Assembly (NCBI GenBank): GCA_031549385.1
Contig: JAVBPW010000003.1
Location: forward strand, 1 to 21,911
DNA: 21,911 nucleotides
Source: Alphaproteobacteria bacterium
GTDB taxonomy: Bacteria > Pseudomonadota > Alphaproteobacteria > Rs-D84 > SZUA-605
Direction of reading: 5' to 3'
Part shown: in pieces, positions 9,133 through 18,000 of the stretch
Position numbering within the stretch: position 1 is the stretch's first letter
Layout: every line of letters starts with the position of its first letter
Program-made: the position numbers and the translations under genes
The notes under the pieces: generated by a model
What the model was told of the DNA's origin: nothing
What the model saw: the letters and a program-made list of their open reading frames with translations, nothing else
Database searches by the model: none

Positions 9133-9528
9133 TTAATCTTTAATTCCACGACCTTTAAATTCTTTTTCACTTTCAAATTCCAAATAATTTTGTGTCAATT
9201 CTTCGCCAGCTTTAATATCTTTTTTTGCTATAAGATACATATCTTGGTATCTAGAATCTTGAGTTATGTTAGCATTATTAGAATGATTAATAAATTTTGT
9301 ATTATCAAAATCTACATGGTAACAATTATGACTTTCATCATAAAATCCCCAATAAAGCATTTCATGTTTTTCTTTATCTTCCAAAGAATTAAAAACCTCA
9401 GTTGATATATTTAAATCTAATTTTAAGCTTGCTTTTGCAATTAAATCTCCTTTTTTTATATCTTGTTTTGTAAAAAGTCCAGCTCCATGAATGTTGGAAT
9501 TTTTAATTTCATAATCTATTAAAATCAT
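9133..9528 (-). CDS. SET domain protein (putative protein-lysine N-methyltransferase), 131 aa
   Basis: SET motifs SNIHGAGLF...DIKKG, FINHSNNAN (NHS), DIKAGEELTQNY. Start reassigned to ATG 9528 (SD AAAGGAG). Confidence 0.9.
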   Translation of the reverse strand: MILIDYEIKNSNIHGAGLFTKQDIKKGDLIAKASLKLDLNISTEVFNSLEDKEKHEMLYWGFYDESHNCYHVDFDNTKFINHSNNANITQDSRYQDMYLIAKKDIKAGEELTQNYLEFESEKEFKGRGIKD

Positions 9529-9546
9529 TTTAACTCCTTTGTTAAT

Positions 9547-9575
9547 ATTGTATGAAATTGAAACATAAAAATCAA
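9547..9575 (-). promoter_or_regulatory. Putative sigma70 promoter of the SET gene
   Basis: Minus strand TTGATT-17 nt-TACAAT. Confidence 0.6.
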
Positions 9576-9590
9576 TCAATTTAAATATTA

Positions 9591-9611
9591 TAAAAAATCC
9601 CCTTTCGGGGA
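9591..9611 (-). terminator. Intrinsic terminator after the DUF1254 lipoprotein gene; copy 2 of the 21-bp direct repeat
   Basis: TAAAAAATCCCCTTTCGGGGA, GAAA-loop hairpin plus U-tract on the minus strand. Confidence 0.8.
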
Positions 9612-9620
9612 TTTCTTTTT

Positions 9621-11126
9621 TTATTGAACTGGCATTGCAACCTTTTTAATAGTTGGTTTTGGCCATCTTCCATGAGTAATAGAGTCATCAGGTAAATAAG
9701 CTCTTAACCATACGATAAACTTTCCATTTGCAGGAGATGGTAACCAATTAGATCTTCCAGCGGCAGGTTTAGTTGGTTGAACATAGATAACTAAATCTCC
9801 ATTTCTTTCAACTCTCATATCTCTCATTACAGAAGAGCCTAAAGAATAACGTTCTTCAGAATTTTTTACCAACATTCCGTTTTCATCATACATGGTCAAA
9901 GACCAGAATGCTTCAACAGGAGGTAATTCGCCCTTTGCAAAAGTAATAGTATAATTATTTCCGCCCATTAAAGGTTGATTGCTATCATCAACATTTAAAG
10001 TTAAGTAAGTAGACTCTTTATAATAATTTCCATACATATCAACTTTAGCAGCAAGTGCACGTTTCAAGTAATCTTCTTTCATAGCTTCACGAGAACCGAA
10101 AAGGTCTTTGTAGTAAACGTTACCGGACTCTAAGTCTTTTTCAGCTTGAGAAATAGCTTTCTTTCCATCAACCATACCGCTTTTAATAGCATTTTGAATT
10201 TCAGGTTTAAATTTAGATATATTGAAAGTTTTTCCAGCTGCAACATTTATACGATTAAAGTTTTCGCGTAATTTATTTTCCCCATAATAAGCTGGAATAA
10301 ATTGTAGCATAAAATTAGCACTTGCAAAGAAATCAGCATCATCAGAAGTAATAGTCTTCCAACTAACAGAACTTACACTTTTAACAGAAACAAGTTGTGG
10401 TTTTTCTTCAGCAACAGGAGGTAAAGTTTGTCCTCTTTTTTTAGCTTCTTTTTCAGCTTGTTTTCTCATTTCAGCTTTAATTTTTTGTTCAGCATTAAAC
10501 TTCATCATGATATAGTCATTCAAAGTATAAAGCTTGTATTGGTCTTGAATTCTTCTAACGTTTCTCATATCGCTATCATTAAGCATTTGAGTTCTTAAGA
10601 ATAAAAGAGCAAAATCTGTATCAACTTTTACAACTTTTCTAATTCCCTTAGGAGTAATTCCTTTATATCCAGGACCAACAATCATGAAGTCTCCACCTTG
10701 ATTATTGTCTTCACGAGTTCCAATATATCCAGGAATATAAGTAGAAAGGTCAACAACTTGAACGCTATAATATCTGTTTTGTTCAATTGTTGGCATAGAA
10801 ACAACAATAGGTTGTGCTCTTAAATCAACAAAAGAATATCCCATAGGTGTGTCAGGATTAACATGTTTTTTTGCATTTTTATAAGTTATTTGATTTGATT
10901 CAGTTTTTAAACTATTTGGTCTTGTTTTAAATTCTGCATCTCGACTATTATAAAAGTATGAATAAATATTCTTTCCATTTTCAACAAGTGGGTAAGAATA
11001 AATATAAGCTTCTTTAGCAATAGACCTAGCTTCTTGTGGTGTTAATTTGTCATCAACTCCGCTGGAACAAGATGCAATAACAAAAGCACCAGCAATCAAC
11101 GACATGAATTTAGAAATTTTATTCAT
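9621..11126 (-). CDS. DUF1254/DUF1214 domain lipoprotein
   Basis: Lipobox VIAS-C. DUF1254-like AKEAYIYSYPLV, NPDT, DLRAQPIV, RYYSVQVVD; DUF1214-like LPPVEAFWSLTMYD, NWLPSP, LRAYLP. SD GGAGG. Confidence 0.88.
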   Translation of the reverse strand: MNKISKFMSLIAGAFVIASCSSGVDDKLTPQEARSIAKEAYIYSYPLVENGKNIYSYFYNSRDAEFKTRPNSLKTESNQITYKNAKKHVNPDTPMGYSFVDLRAQPIVVSMPTIEQNRYYSVQVVDLSTYIPGYIGTREDNNQGGDFMIVGPGYKGITPKGIRKVVKVDTDFALLFLRTQMLNDSDMRNVRRIQDQYKLYTLNDYIMMKFNAEQKIKAEMRKQAEKEAKKRGQTLPPVAEEKPQLVSVKSVSSVSWKTITSDDADFFASANFMLQFIPAYYGENKLRENFNRINVAAGKTFNISKFKPEIQNAIKSGMVDGKKAISQAEKDLESGNVYYKDLFGSREAMKEDYLKRALAAKVDMYGNYYKESTYLTLNVDDSNQPLMGGNNYTITFAKGELPPVEAFWSLTMYDENGMLVKNSEERYSLGSSVMRDMRVERNGDLVIYVQPTKPAAGRSNWLPSPANGKFIVWLRAYLPDDSITHGRWPKPTIKKVAMPVQ

Positions 11127-11155
11127 TTCATTTCCTCCTTTTTTAGATATACAAG

Positions 11156-11184
11156 ATTATATCTTTTTATGAGACTCTTTACAA
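11156..11184 (-). promoter_or_regulatory. Putative sigma70 promoter of the DUF1254 lipoprotein gene
   Basis: Minus strand TTGTAA-17 nt-TATAAT. Confidence 0.6.
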
Positions 11185-11191
11185 TAAGAAA

Positions 11192-12436
11192 TTAATCACA
11201 AATAAAATATTCTTCATTAATATTTTTTAATAATTTTTTATTTATAATTTTTCCACGTGAATTCTCGTCGTCTAACAATACTTTAAAATAATTGTCGGTA
11301 TATCCCCATTTTCCTTCTGATAAAATTTCTATATTTTTATTAAGCATATTATCCATACGGATTTTTAAATATTCTTTATTAAGTTGAGCAAGTTTATTGA
11401 TTCGTTCTCTCTTAACGCTTCGCAGTATTGGATTTCCTAAAACATAAGCTGAAGTTAGTTTTCGTGGTGAATATGGAAACATATGAAGGTGTTCAATTTT
11501 CAATTTTGAAATAGTATTATAAGTATTTTCAAAAAGCTCATCAGTTTCAACAGGAAAACCTAAAATAATATCAGCGCCATAAGCGATATTTTCAACTTCG
11601 GCTCTACCAATTTCAACTAATGTAATTAAATCAACAATTCTATGTTTTCTATTCATAGCTCTTAAAACTTTATCATCACCAGATTGAAGAGATAAATGAA
11701 GATAGGGAGTTAATTTTTTATTATTTTTCATAATTTTAAACAATCCGTCATAGTCATTATAATGAGGATCAATAGAAGAAAGTCTTAATCTAAAATCATA
11801 GTCTTTAAATTCATCTAAAATATCTGAAATAAGTTGAGTTAAATTTTCACCATTATTGCCTTCATAAGATGCAATATCAACTCCTGTAATAGTCAATTCT
11901 TTATAACCATTATTAATAAATGTTTTCAATTGTTGAAAAATAAGATTTTTATCGAAGCTAACAGAACGACCTCTTGAATAAGGAACTATACAGTAAGTAC
12001 AAAAATTATTGCAACCTTGTTGAATTTGCACAAAAGCTTTAGTATGTTTTAAAAACTTTTCTGGTAATTGTTCTTTACAAGGTATTTGTTGAATTTCTTT
12101 AATATCAAACAAAGAAGCCCAAACTTTATCATCATCTGTCCATGCGCTAATATTAAGTTTATTTTTATTATCGATAATTTTAAAAATCTCAGGCATCAAA
12201 GACAGTTCATCAAATTCCACTTGAGCAGAACATCCAGTAATAAAGATTTTCTTCTCAGGATTTTCTTTAGCATATTTTCTGATTTGTTGTTTTAATTGGC
12301 GAAATGCTTCCCCTGTAATAGAACAGGAATTAAAAACGCACCAATCAGATGATTCGCTAAGTCTTTCGAGTAATTTTCTAATCATCTCGGACTCAAAAAA
12401 ATTTAATCTGCACCCAAATGTTTTAATTTCAAGCAT
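11192..12436 (-). CDS. mtaB: tRNA threonylcarbamoyladenosine methylthiotransferase MtaB (radical SAM)
   Basis: UPF0004 domain TFGCRLNFFESE, NSCSIT, ITGCSAQ; CxxxCxxC in QQGCNNFCTYCIVPYSRG; RLRLSSIDP, HLSLQSG, HMFPYSPR. These fit MtaB better than MiaB or RimO. Confidence 0.87.
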   Translation of the reverse strand: MLEIKTFGCRLNFFESEMIRKLLERLSESSDWCVFNSCSITGEAFRQLKQQIRKYAKENPEKKIFITGCSAQVEFDELSLMPEIFKIIDNKNKLNISAWTDDDKVWASLFDIKEIQQIPCKEQLPEKFLKHTKAFVQIQQGCNNFCTYCIVPYSRGRSVSFDKNLIFQQLKTFINNGYKELTITGVDIASYEGNNGENLTQLISDILDEFKDYDFRLRLSSIDPHYNDYDGLFKIMKNNKKLTPYLHLSLQSGDDKVLRAMNRKHRIVDLITLVEIGRAEVENIAYGADIILGFPVETDELFENTYNTISKLKIEHLHMFPYSPRKLTSAYVLGNPILRSVKRERINKLAQLNKEYLKIRMDNMLNKNIEILSEGKWGYTDNYFKVLLDDENSRGKIINKKLLKNINEEYFICD

Positions 12437-12537
12437 TTTTTGCCTTTTTTGAATTATTTTTCTTGCTTTTTAGCAAAATTTTATATATAAAAACATACAA
12501 AGTAAAAAATGTAAAGCAAAAAAGGAGCTCAACCAGC

Positions 12538-12897
12538 ATGGCAAGAATAACAGTAGAAGATTGTTTAAAAGTAATTCCAAATAAATATAAATTAGTAATA
12601 TTAGCCTCACAAAGGGCTTCAGAACTATTTTCAGGGATTGCAAAAAGAGTAGAAGGTAATGATACAAATGCAGTAACAGCTTTAAGAGAAATCGCTCAAG
12701 AAAAAGTAGAACCATCAAAATTAGAAGATAAATTAATCAATTCATACAGACAATTAGCACAAACTCCAGTTGAAGTTGCTCCAGACGAAGAAATTGCATC
12801 TGAATTAGACGCTATTAAAAGAGAAATTGAAGGTTTTACACAAGAAGAACCAACAGAACAGTTATTAGAAGATTCAGGATTTGAAGTAAAAGAATAA
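12538..12897 (+). CDS. rpoZ: DNA-directed RNA polymerase subunit omega
   Basis: MARITVEDC...NKYKLVILASQRA...VTALREIA with an acidic tail. SD AAGGAG. Start reassigned from 12463; that TTG looks like a -35 box (TTGCTT-17-TATAAA). Confidence 0.95.
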   Translation: MARITVEDCLKVIPNKYKLVILASQRASELFSGIAKRVEGNDTNAVTALREIAQEKVEPSKLEDKLINSYRQLAQTPVEVAPDEEIASELDAIKREIEGFTQEEPTEQLLEDSGFEVKE

Positions 12898-12901
12898 TAT
12901 C

Positions 12902-12930
12902 TTGATAATTTATTTTATAAAAGGTAAAAT
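12902..12930 (+). promoter_or_regulatory. Putative sigma70 promoter of the ompA-transglycosylase pair
   Basis: TTGATA-17 nt-TAAAAT, followed by SD AAGGGAG. Confidence 0.6.
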
Positions 12931-12957
12931 AAACAACGTAAAACGAAGGGAGACAAA

Positions 12958-14172
12958 ATGAAAAAGAGTATTTTAATTATGATGGCAGCAATATTAGGAA
13001 TTTCCTCAGCTGCATATTCAAAAGATGGTTACAGTTCAGAAACCGAATTCCCAATGTCTATGTTGAAATTATCAGATATGGATGTATATTCTCCAAAAAG
13101 CCAAGATCCCTTTTTAATGCATCTTGCAGTTCAATACAGATCATTTGCAAACTATGAAACATATGTAATGAAAGATTATGGTTCAGGTGAAAGATTTGCA
13201 CAAAAAGGAATTGCTGCATATTCAGGAGTAAAAGTTCCGCCAGAAAATCCAGGTCAATGGCAAATTGAAACAAACGAAGTTGTTGGATTAGCCTCAGCAT
13301 ATGATGCATTAGTTTCATTATTAAGACAAAATGTAGACCAAAGATTTCCAGTATTAATGGCAGAAGCTCAAGCTAAATTTGATTGTTGGGTTGAACAATC
13401 AAGTGAAAATGATAACAATGATCATATAAGAGAATGTCGTGCAAGATATTACGCTGCTATGACAAAAATCCAAGAAGGATTAGATTCTACATGTGGTGGA
13501 GAACAACAATGTGCAAAGAAAAACAAAACTGCATCATTAAAAGTAAAAGACAATCCAACAGTATCAACTCCAAATATAGACGCATGGCCAGATACAGCTC
13601 ATTTAATTTACATGAACAATGTGGGTTGGAGAAGTGAAACCCCAATTACGATTTATCATAAAATTGAATTAGATGGTCGTGGTATAGACTCTCGTGATTT
13701 AGAAGAAGTAAAACAAGAAATCAGAGAATTAAAAGCATTGTATTATGAATTAAAAGAGCAAATTGCAAGATTACCAAAAGCTGCAGCTGCTCCACAAGAT
13801 GAAGTTGTAAGAATTACAATTGAAAACGAAGCAAGTCCGGAACAATCTCAAGAATTTGAAATCTTATTTGATTTTGATAAATCAAGTGTACGTCCAGAGT
13901 ATTCTGAAGTTTTAAAGACAGTTGCTCAAATGACAGGTCAAGATGTAGTTTTCTGTGTAAAAGGTTTTACAGATACAGCTGGATCAAAGAAATACAACTA
14001 TGATTTAGGTTTAAGAAGAGCGGAACAAGTAAAAAAATTCATCACAGACAATGGTGGAAATGCAGATAATATTTGCACAAAATCATATGGTGAAACAAAC
14101 TTGAAAGTAAAAACTCCAGATAATACACCAAAACAAGAAAACAGAAGAGTTGTAATAACAGCTGAAGAATAA
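12958..14172 (+). CDS. OmpA-family peptidoglycan-binding protein
   Basis: Signal peptide, N-terminal AQAKFDCWVEQ...ECR domain, central coiled coil, C-terminal OmpA-like domain (ILFDFDKS, GFTDTAGS...YNYDLGLRRA, SYGE, NRRVVI). Confidence 0.9.
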   Translation: MKKSILIMMAAILGISSAAYSKDGYSSETEFPMSMLKLSDMDVYSPKSQDPFLMHLAVQYRSFANYETYVMKDYGSGERFAQKGIAAYSGVKVPPENPGQWQIETNEVVGLASAYDALVSLLRQNVDQRFPVLMAEAQAKFDCWVEQSSENDNNDHIRECRARYYAAMTKIQEGLDSTCGGEQQCAKKNKTASLKVKDNPTVSTPNIDAWPDTAHLIYMNNVGWRSETPITIYHKIELDGRGIDSRDLEEVKQEIRELKALYYELKEQIARLPKAAAAPQDEVVRITIENEASPEQSQEFEILFDFDKSSVRPEYSEVLKTVAQMTGQDVVFCVKGFTDTAGSKKYNYDLGLRRAEQVKKFITDNGGNADNICTKSYGETNLKVKTPDNTPKQENRRVVITAEE

Positions 14173-15905
14173 TGTTTAAGTTATTTCAAAAACTTTTAAT
14201 AACTTTATTTATAACATTCCTTGCAACCAGTGGGGAATGTTATATCTGGACTAAATATAAAACAGAAATAGATATTTTATCTCCTTCAGACAAATCAAAG
14301 TATGAGGAGATTTTTTTATTACAAGATCAAGGTAAGTTTAGCGAAGCGGATAAAATACTATCAACAGTTGATAGCGATACATTAAAAGAATATGTTTTAC
14401 TCGACAGATACTTATCACCAAGATACAAATCAAATCAAAAAGAATTAATAGAATGGATAAGAAACAATCCTGAAAGTGGATTACAAGGTAAAGTAAAAGC
14501 TTTATTAAAAAGCAAAGGTAATCCTGTAAATATCTATGTTCCATACGTTCCAGATTTTGAAGTAGAAGCGGATGGAAGTGGTGATATGATACGTTATTCA
14601 TATAACAACCTTTCTACAAACAATAAAAATTATGTGAAACAAAAGATAAGTACATTTAAAAAGGCAATAAGAAAAGGAAATACTAAGAATGCTAAATATA
14701 TTCTTCAAGATCCAGCGTTTATAAAATTAATAAATAAAAGTGATTTAGATAGAATGGCAGGGGTACTAACATTTTCATATTTCTTAGATAATCAATATGA
14801 TCTAGCATATGAAGTAGGTCAAAAAGCAGCAGACAGTGGTGAATATTTAGCTTCTTGGTCACTAGGTTTAATAAACTATAAAAAAAGAAAATTTGATGAT
14901 GCAGCAACAAATTTTATAACAATTTATAATGATGAAACAGTGTCATCATATCAAAGAGCAGGTGGTGCATACTGGGCAGGTAAGACATTAGAAGAAATAG
15001 ACGACCGTCAAAGCGAAGCAAAAGAATTTTTTCAAGCAGCATGCAGTATTCCATATTCATTTTACGGTTCAATAGGCTGTGAAAAATTAGGAAAATTTAA
15101 ATCAATTAAATGGGATGATTTTGATTTTACATTGGATGAAGTGATAAAGGTTATAAGAAATTATCCAACAGGTGACGAAGCATTAGCTTTATTACAAGTA
15201 GGAAAAAAAGATTATGCTATAACAGAATTAACAACAATAGCAAAAAAACATCGCAGTGAAGACAGTGCACTAATTGCAAGTATAATTGCATTATCACAAC
15301 AAGCAAATTTGCCTAATTTATCAATTCAATTATCAAAAGCATTAAAAGAAAAAGATTTGCATAAGTATCATTCAGCAGCATATCCAATTCCATCATGGAA
15401 CCCAGAAAATGGTTGGAGAGTTGATAAGGCATTTGTGTATGCCATAGCAAAACAAGAATCATTATTTAAAGAAAAAGCAAGTTCATCAGTAGGGGCAAGA
15501 GGTTTAATGCAAATCATGCCAGCAACAGCATCTTTTATAACAAATGATTCTACATTAAAAAAGAATAAAGATAAATTATATGAACCAGAATTAAATTTGG
15601 ATATAGCTCAAGCATATATGATTCATTTAATAGAAAAAGAAACAAAAGAGCCTAATTTAGTAAAAGTATTGATGTCATATAATGCGGGTCCTGGCAATGC
15701 AAGAAAGTGGGACAGAAAAATAGTAAGTTATGACGATCCGTTATTATATATAGAATCAATTCCATCAAAAGAAACAAGAAACTATGTAAAGAATGTTTTA
15801 TTAAACTTTTGGTTTTACCGTTCACGTTTTAATCAAGACAATCCATCATTATCAAATTTAGCAGAAGATCAATGGCCATTATATCATCAACTTGATGATA
15901 ATTAA
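14172..15905 (+). CDS. Lytic murein transglycosylase (SLT domain)
   Basis: Signal peptide, helical repeat region (AYWAGK, SFYG), SLT motifs AIAKQES, GARGLMQIMP, SYNAGPG, ETRNYVK. Start overlaps the ompA stop (TAATG). Confidence 0.92.
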   Translation: MFKLFQKLLITLFITFLATSGECYIWTKYKTEIDILSPSDKSKYEEIFLLQDQGKFSEADKILSTVDSDTLKEYVLLDRYLSPRYKSNQKELIEWIRNNPESGLQGKVKALLKSKGNPVNIYVPYVPDFEVEADGSGDMIRYSYNNLSTNNKNYVKQKISTFKKAIRKGNTKNAKYILQDPAFIKLINKSDLDRMAGVLTFSYFLDNQYDLAYEVGQKAADSGEYLASWSLGLINYKKRKFDDAATNFITIYNDETVSSYQRAGGAYWAGKTLEEIDDRQSEAKEFFQAACSIPYSFYGSIGCEKLGKFKSIKWDDFDFTLDEVIKVIRNYPTGDEALALLQVGKKDYAITELTTIAKKHRSEDSALIASIIALSQQANLPNLSIQLSKALKEKDLHKYHSAAYPIPSWNPENGWRVDKAFVYAIAKQESLFKEKASSSVGARGLMQIMPATASFITNDSTLKKNKDKLYEPELNLDIAQAYMIHLIEKETKEPNLVKVLMSYNAGPGNARKWDRKIVSYDDPLLYIESIPSKETRNYVKNVLLNFWFYRSRFNQDNPSLSNLAEDQWPLYHQLDDN

Positions 15906-15920
15906 AAAGAAATAATTTTA

Positions 15921-15953
15921 AAAAATAAAGCTCTTCATTGAAGAGTTTTTTTA
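15921..15953. terminator. Bidirectional terminator between the transglycosylase gene and uvrB
   Basis: AAAGCTCTTC-ATT-GAAGAGTTTTTTT with A-rich and T-rich flanks. Confidence 0.75.
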
Positions 15954-17993
15954 TTATCCAAGACTTATTTCTTGTGACTCAAGTTCTTTTATTTTTTCAC
16001 GAAGTTCAGTTGCTTTTTCAAATTCTAAATTATCAGCATAAGCAAACATTTGTTTTCTGAGTTTTTTGATTTCTCTCTCTAATTCATTTTGATTTTTAAA
16101 TGATAAAATATTAGCAGTAGCAGCTTTCTTTCCTTTAGTTTCTTCTTCACGTTTCAAATGAGATGTAATTGGTTTAATAATTGTCTTAGGAGTAATTCCA
16201 TGTTCTTCATTATATTTCATTTGTTTATTACGTCTAAGTGTAGTTTCTTCCAAAGCGCGAGTAATTGATCCAGTCAAAACATCAGCATATAAAATAACTT
16301 TACTTTCAGAATTTCGAGCAGCTCGACCAATAGTTTGAATAAGTGATTTATCAGATCTTAAAAATCCTTCTTTATCAGCGTCCATAATGCAAACTAATTT
16401 ACATTCAGGAATATCCAATCCTTCACGAAGTAAATTAATTCCAACAAGAACATCAAATCCGCCAGACCTTAATTCATTAATAATTTCTATTCGCTCAAGA
16501 GTATCAATATCGGAATGCATATATTTAGCTTTAACGCCAACTTCATCTAAATACGAAGATAATTGTTCTGCCATTTTTTTAGTAAGCGTAGTACATAAAA
16601 CTCTACCATTGTTTGCAATAGCTTTTTTTGCAGCATCAATAAAATCATCAACTTGATTAGAAGCTTTTCTAACTTCTACTTCAGGATCCAACAATCCAGT
16701 AGGTCGAATAATTTGTTCAGCAACATTTTCTTTTCCGGCTAAACCCAATTCCCAATCAGCAGGTGTAGCAGATACGAAAACAGAAGAAGGTCTAAATGCT
16801 TCCCACTCTTCAAATTTTAATGGTCTGTTATCTTTTGCAGCAGGTAATCTGAATCCGTATTGAACAAGAGTATCTTTACGAGCTTTATCTCCTAAATACA
16901 TTCCTCTAATTTGTCCAATAGCAATATGAGATTCATCAACAATCAACAAAGCATTTTCTGGTAAGTATTCAAATAATGTAGGAGGTGGCATTCCAACTTC
17001 TCTGCCAGTAAAATATCTTGAATAATTTTCGATTCCTTTGCAGCTTCCAGTTGCTTCCATCATTTCTAAATCGTATTGAGTTTTTTCTTCCAATCTTTGA
17101 AATTCTAATAATTTATTATTTTCTTTTAACTCAGCAAGTCTAATTTGTAAATCGTGTTTAATTTTCACCATAGCTTGATCTAAAGTAGGTCGTGGTGTAA
17201 TGTGATGTGAATTAGGATAAATAGTAACATCTTTAAATTCTTTATGTTTATGAGATGTTAACCAATCAATTTCAGAAATACTTTCAATTTCATCCCCGAA
17301 CATAGAAAATCTGTAAGCTCTATCTTCAGAGTGAGGAGGAAACACATCCATAGTATCACCTTTAACTCTGAAAGTTCCACGTGAAAAAGCAAGGTCATTT
17401 CTTGTATATTGAAGTTCAACAAGCATATCGATAAAATCGTCACGTTTAATTTTTTGTCCCTTACTAATAGTAAATCTCATAGCACTATAAGAAACAGGAT
17501 CTCCCAAACCATAAAGACAAGACACAGAAGAAACAATAATTACATCATTATGTTCTAATAAAGCACGTGTAGCACTATGTCGCATTCGATCAATTTGTTC
17601 ATTAATAGAGGCATCTTTTTCAATATAGGTATTAGTGGTAGGAATATAAGCTTCCGGTTGATAATAATCATAGTAAGAAACAAAATATTCAACATGATTA
17701 TTAGGAAAAAATTCTTTCATTTCGGAATAAAGCTGAGCTGCTAATGTTTTATTAGGGGCCATAATCAAAGTAGGTCGTCCAGTATTTTTAATAACATTTG
17801 CCATAGTAAAAGTTTTACCACTTCCAGTAACTCCTAAAAGTACTTGATTTCTTTCATTTTCATTAACTTTTTTACTCAATTGAGCAATAGCCTCAATTTG
17901 GTCACCCATAGGAGCAAAAGGTGATACAAGCTCAAATTCTGCGAATTCAGCTTCAGGTACTTTATTAAACATAGGAAATATAATGTCAGCCAT
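15954..17993 (-). CDS. uvrB: Excinuclease ABC subunit B
   Basis: GVTGSGKT, APNKTLAAQL, FVSYYDYYQPEAY, DESH, VSATP, RPTGLLDP, GINLLREGLD, QTIGRAARN, C-terminal UVR domain. Start is ATG 17993, or the alternative TTG 18002. Confidence 0.97.
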   Translation of the reverse strand: MADIIFPMFNKVPEAEFAEFELVSPFAPMGDQIEAIAQLSKKVNENERNQVLLGVTGSGKTFTMANVIKNTGRPTLIMAPNKTLAAQLYSEMKEFFPNNHVEYFVSYYDYYQPEAYIPTTNTYIEKDASINEQIDRMRHSATRALLEHNDVIIVSSVSCLYGLGDPVSYSAMRFTISKGQKIKRDDFIDMLVELQYTRNDLAFSRGTFRVKGDTMDVFPPHSEDRAYRFSMFGDEIESISEIDWLTSHKHKEFKDVTIYPNSHHITPRPTLDQAMVKIKHDLQIRLAELKENNKLLEFQRLEEKTQYDLEMMEATGSCKGIENYSRYFTGREVGMPPPTLFEYLPENALLIVDESHIAIGQIRGMYLGDKARKDTLVQYGFRLPAAKDNRPLKFEEWEAFRPSSVFVSATPADWELGLAGKENVAEQIIRPTGLLDPEVEVRKASNQVDDFIDAAKKAIANNGRVLCTTLTKKMAEQLSSYLDEVGVKAKYMHSDIDTLERIEIINELRSGGFDVLVGINLLREGLDIPECKLVCIMDADKEGFLRSDKSLIQTIGRAARNSESKVILYADVLTGSITRALEETTLRRNKQMKYNEEHGITPKTIIKPITSHLKREEETKGKKAATANILSFKNQNELEREIKKLRKQMFAYADNLEFEKATELREKIKELESQEISLG

Positions 17994-18000
17994 GTCACTC

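Noticed and set aside
8883-9405. Plus-strand ORFs 8883-9092 and 9127-9405
   Set aside because: The first has a TTG start without SD right after a terminator. The second is antisense to the SET gene.
8839-9611. CRISPR array or integron attC interpretation of the repeated hairpins
   Set aside because: Only two exact copies 501 bp apart, terminator-like U-tracts, no attC R-box/extrahelical-base pattern seen, and no cas or intI gene in the window.
11192-11330. MtaB as a truncated pseudogene (short C-terminal TRAM region)
   Set aside because: Both Fe-S cysteine sets are intact, the frame is uninterrupted, and the length is in the usual range for alphaproteobacterial MtaB.
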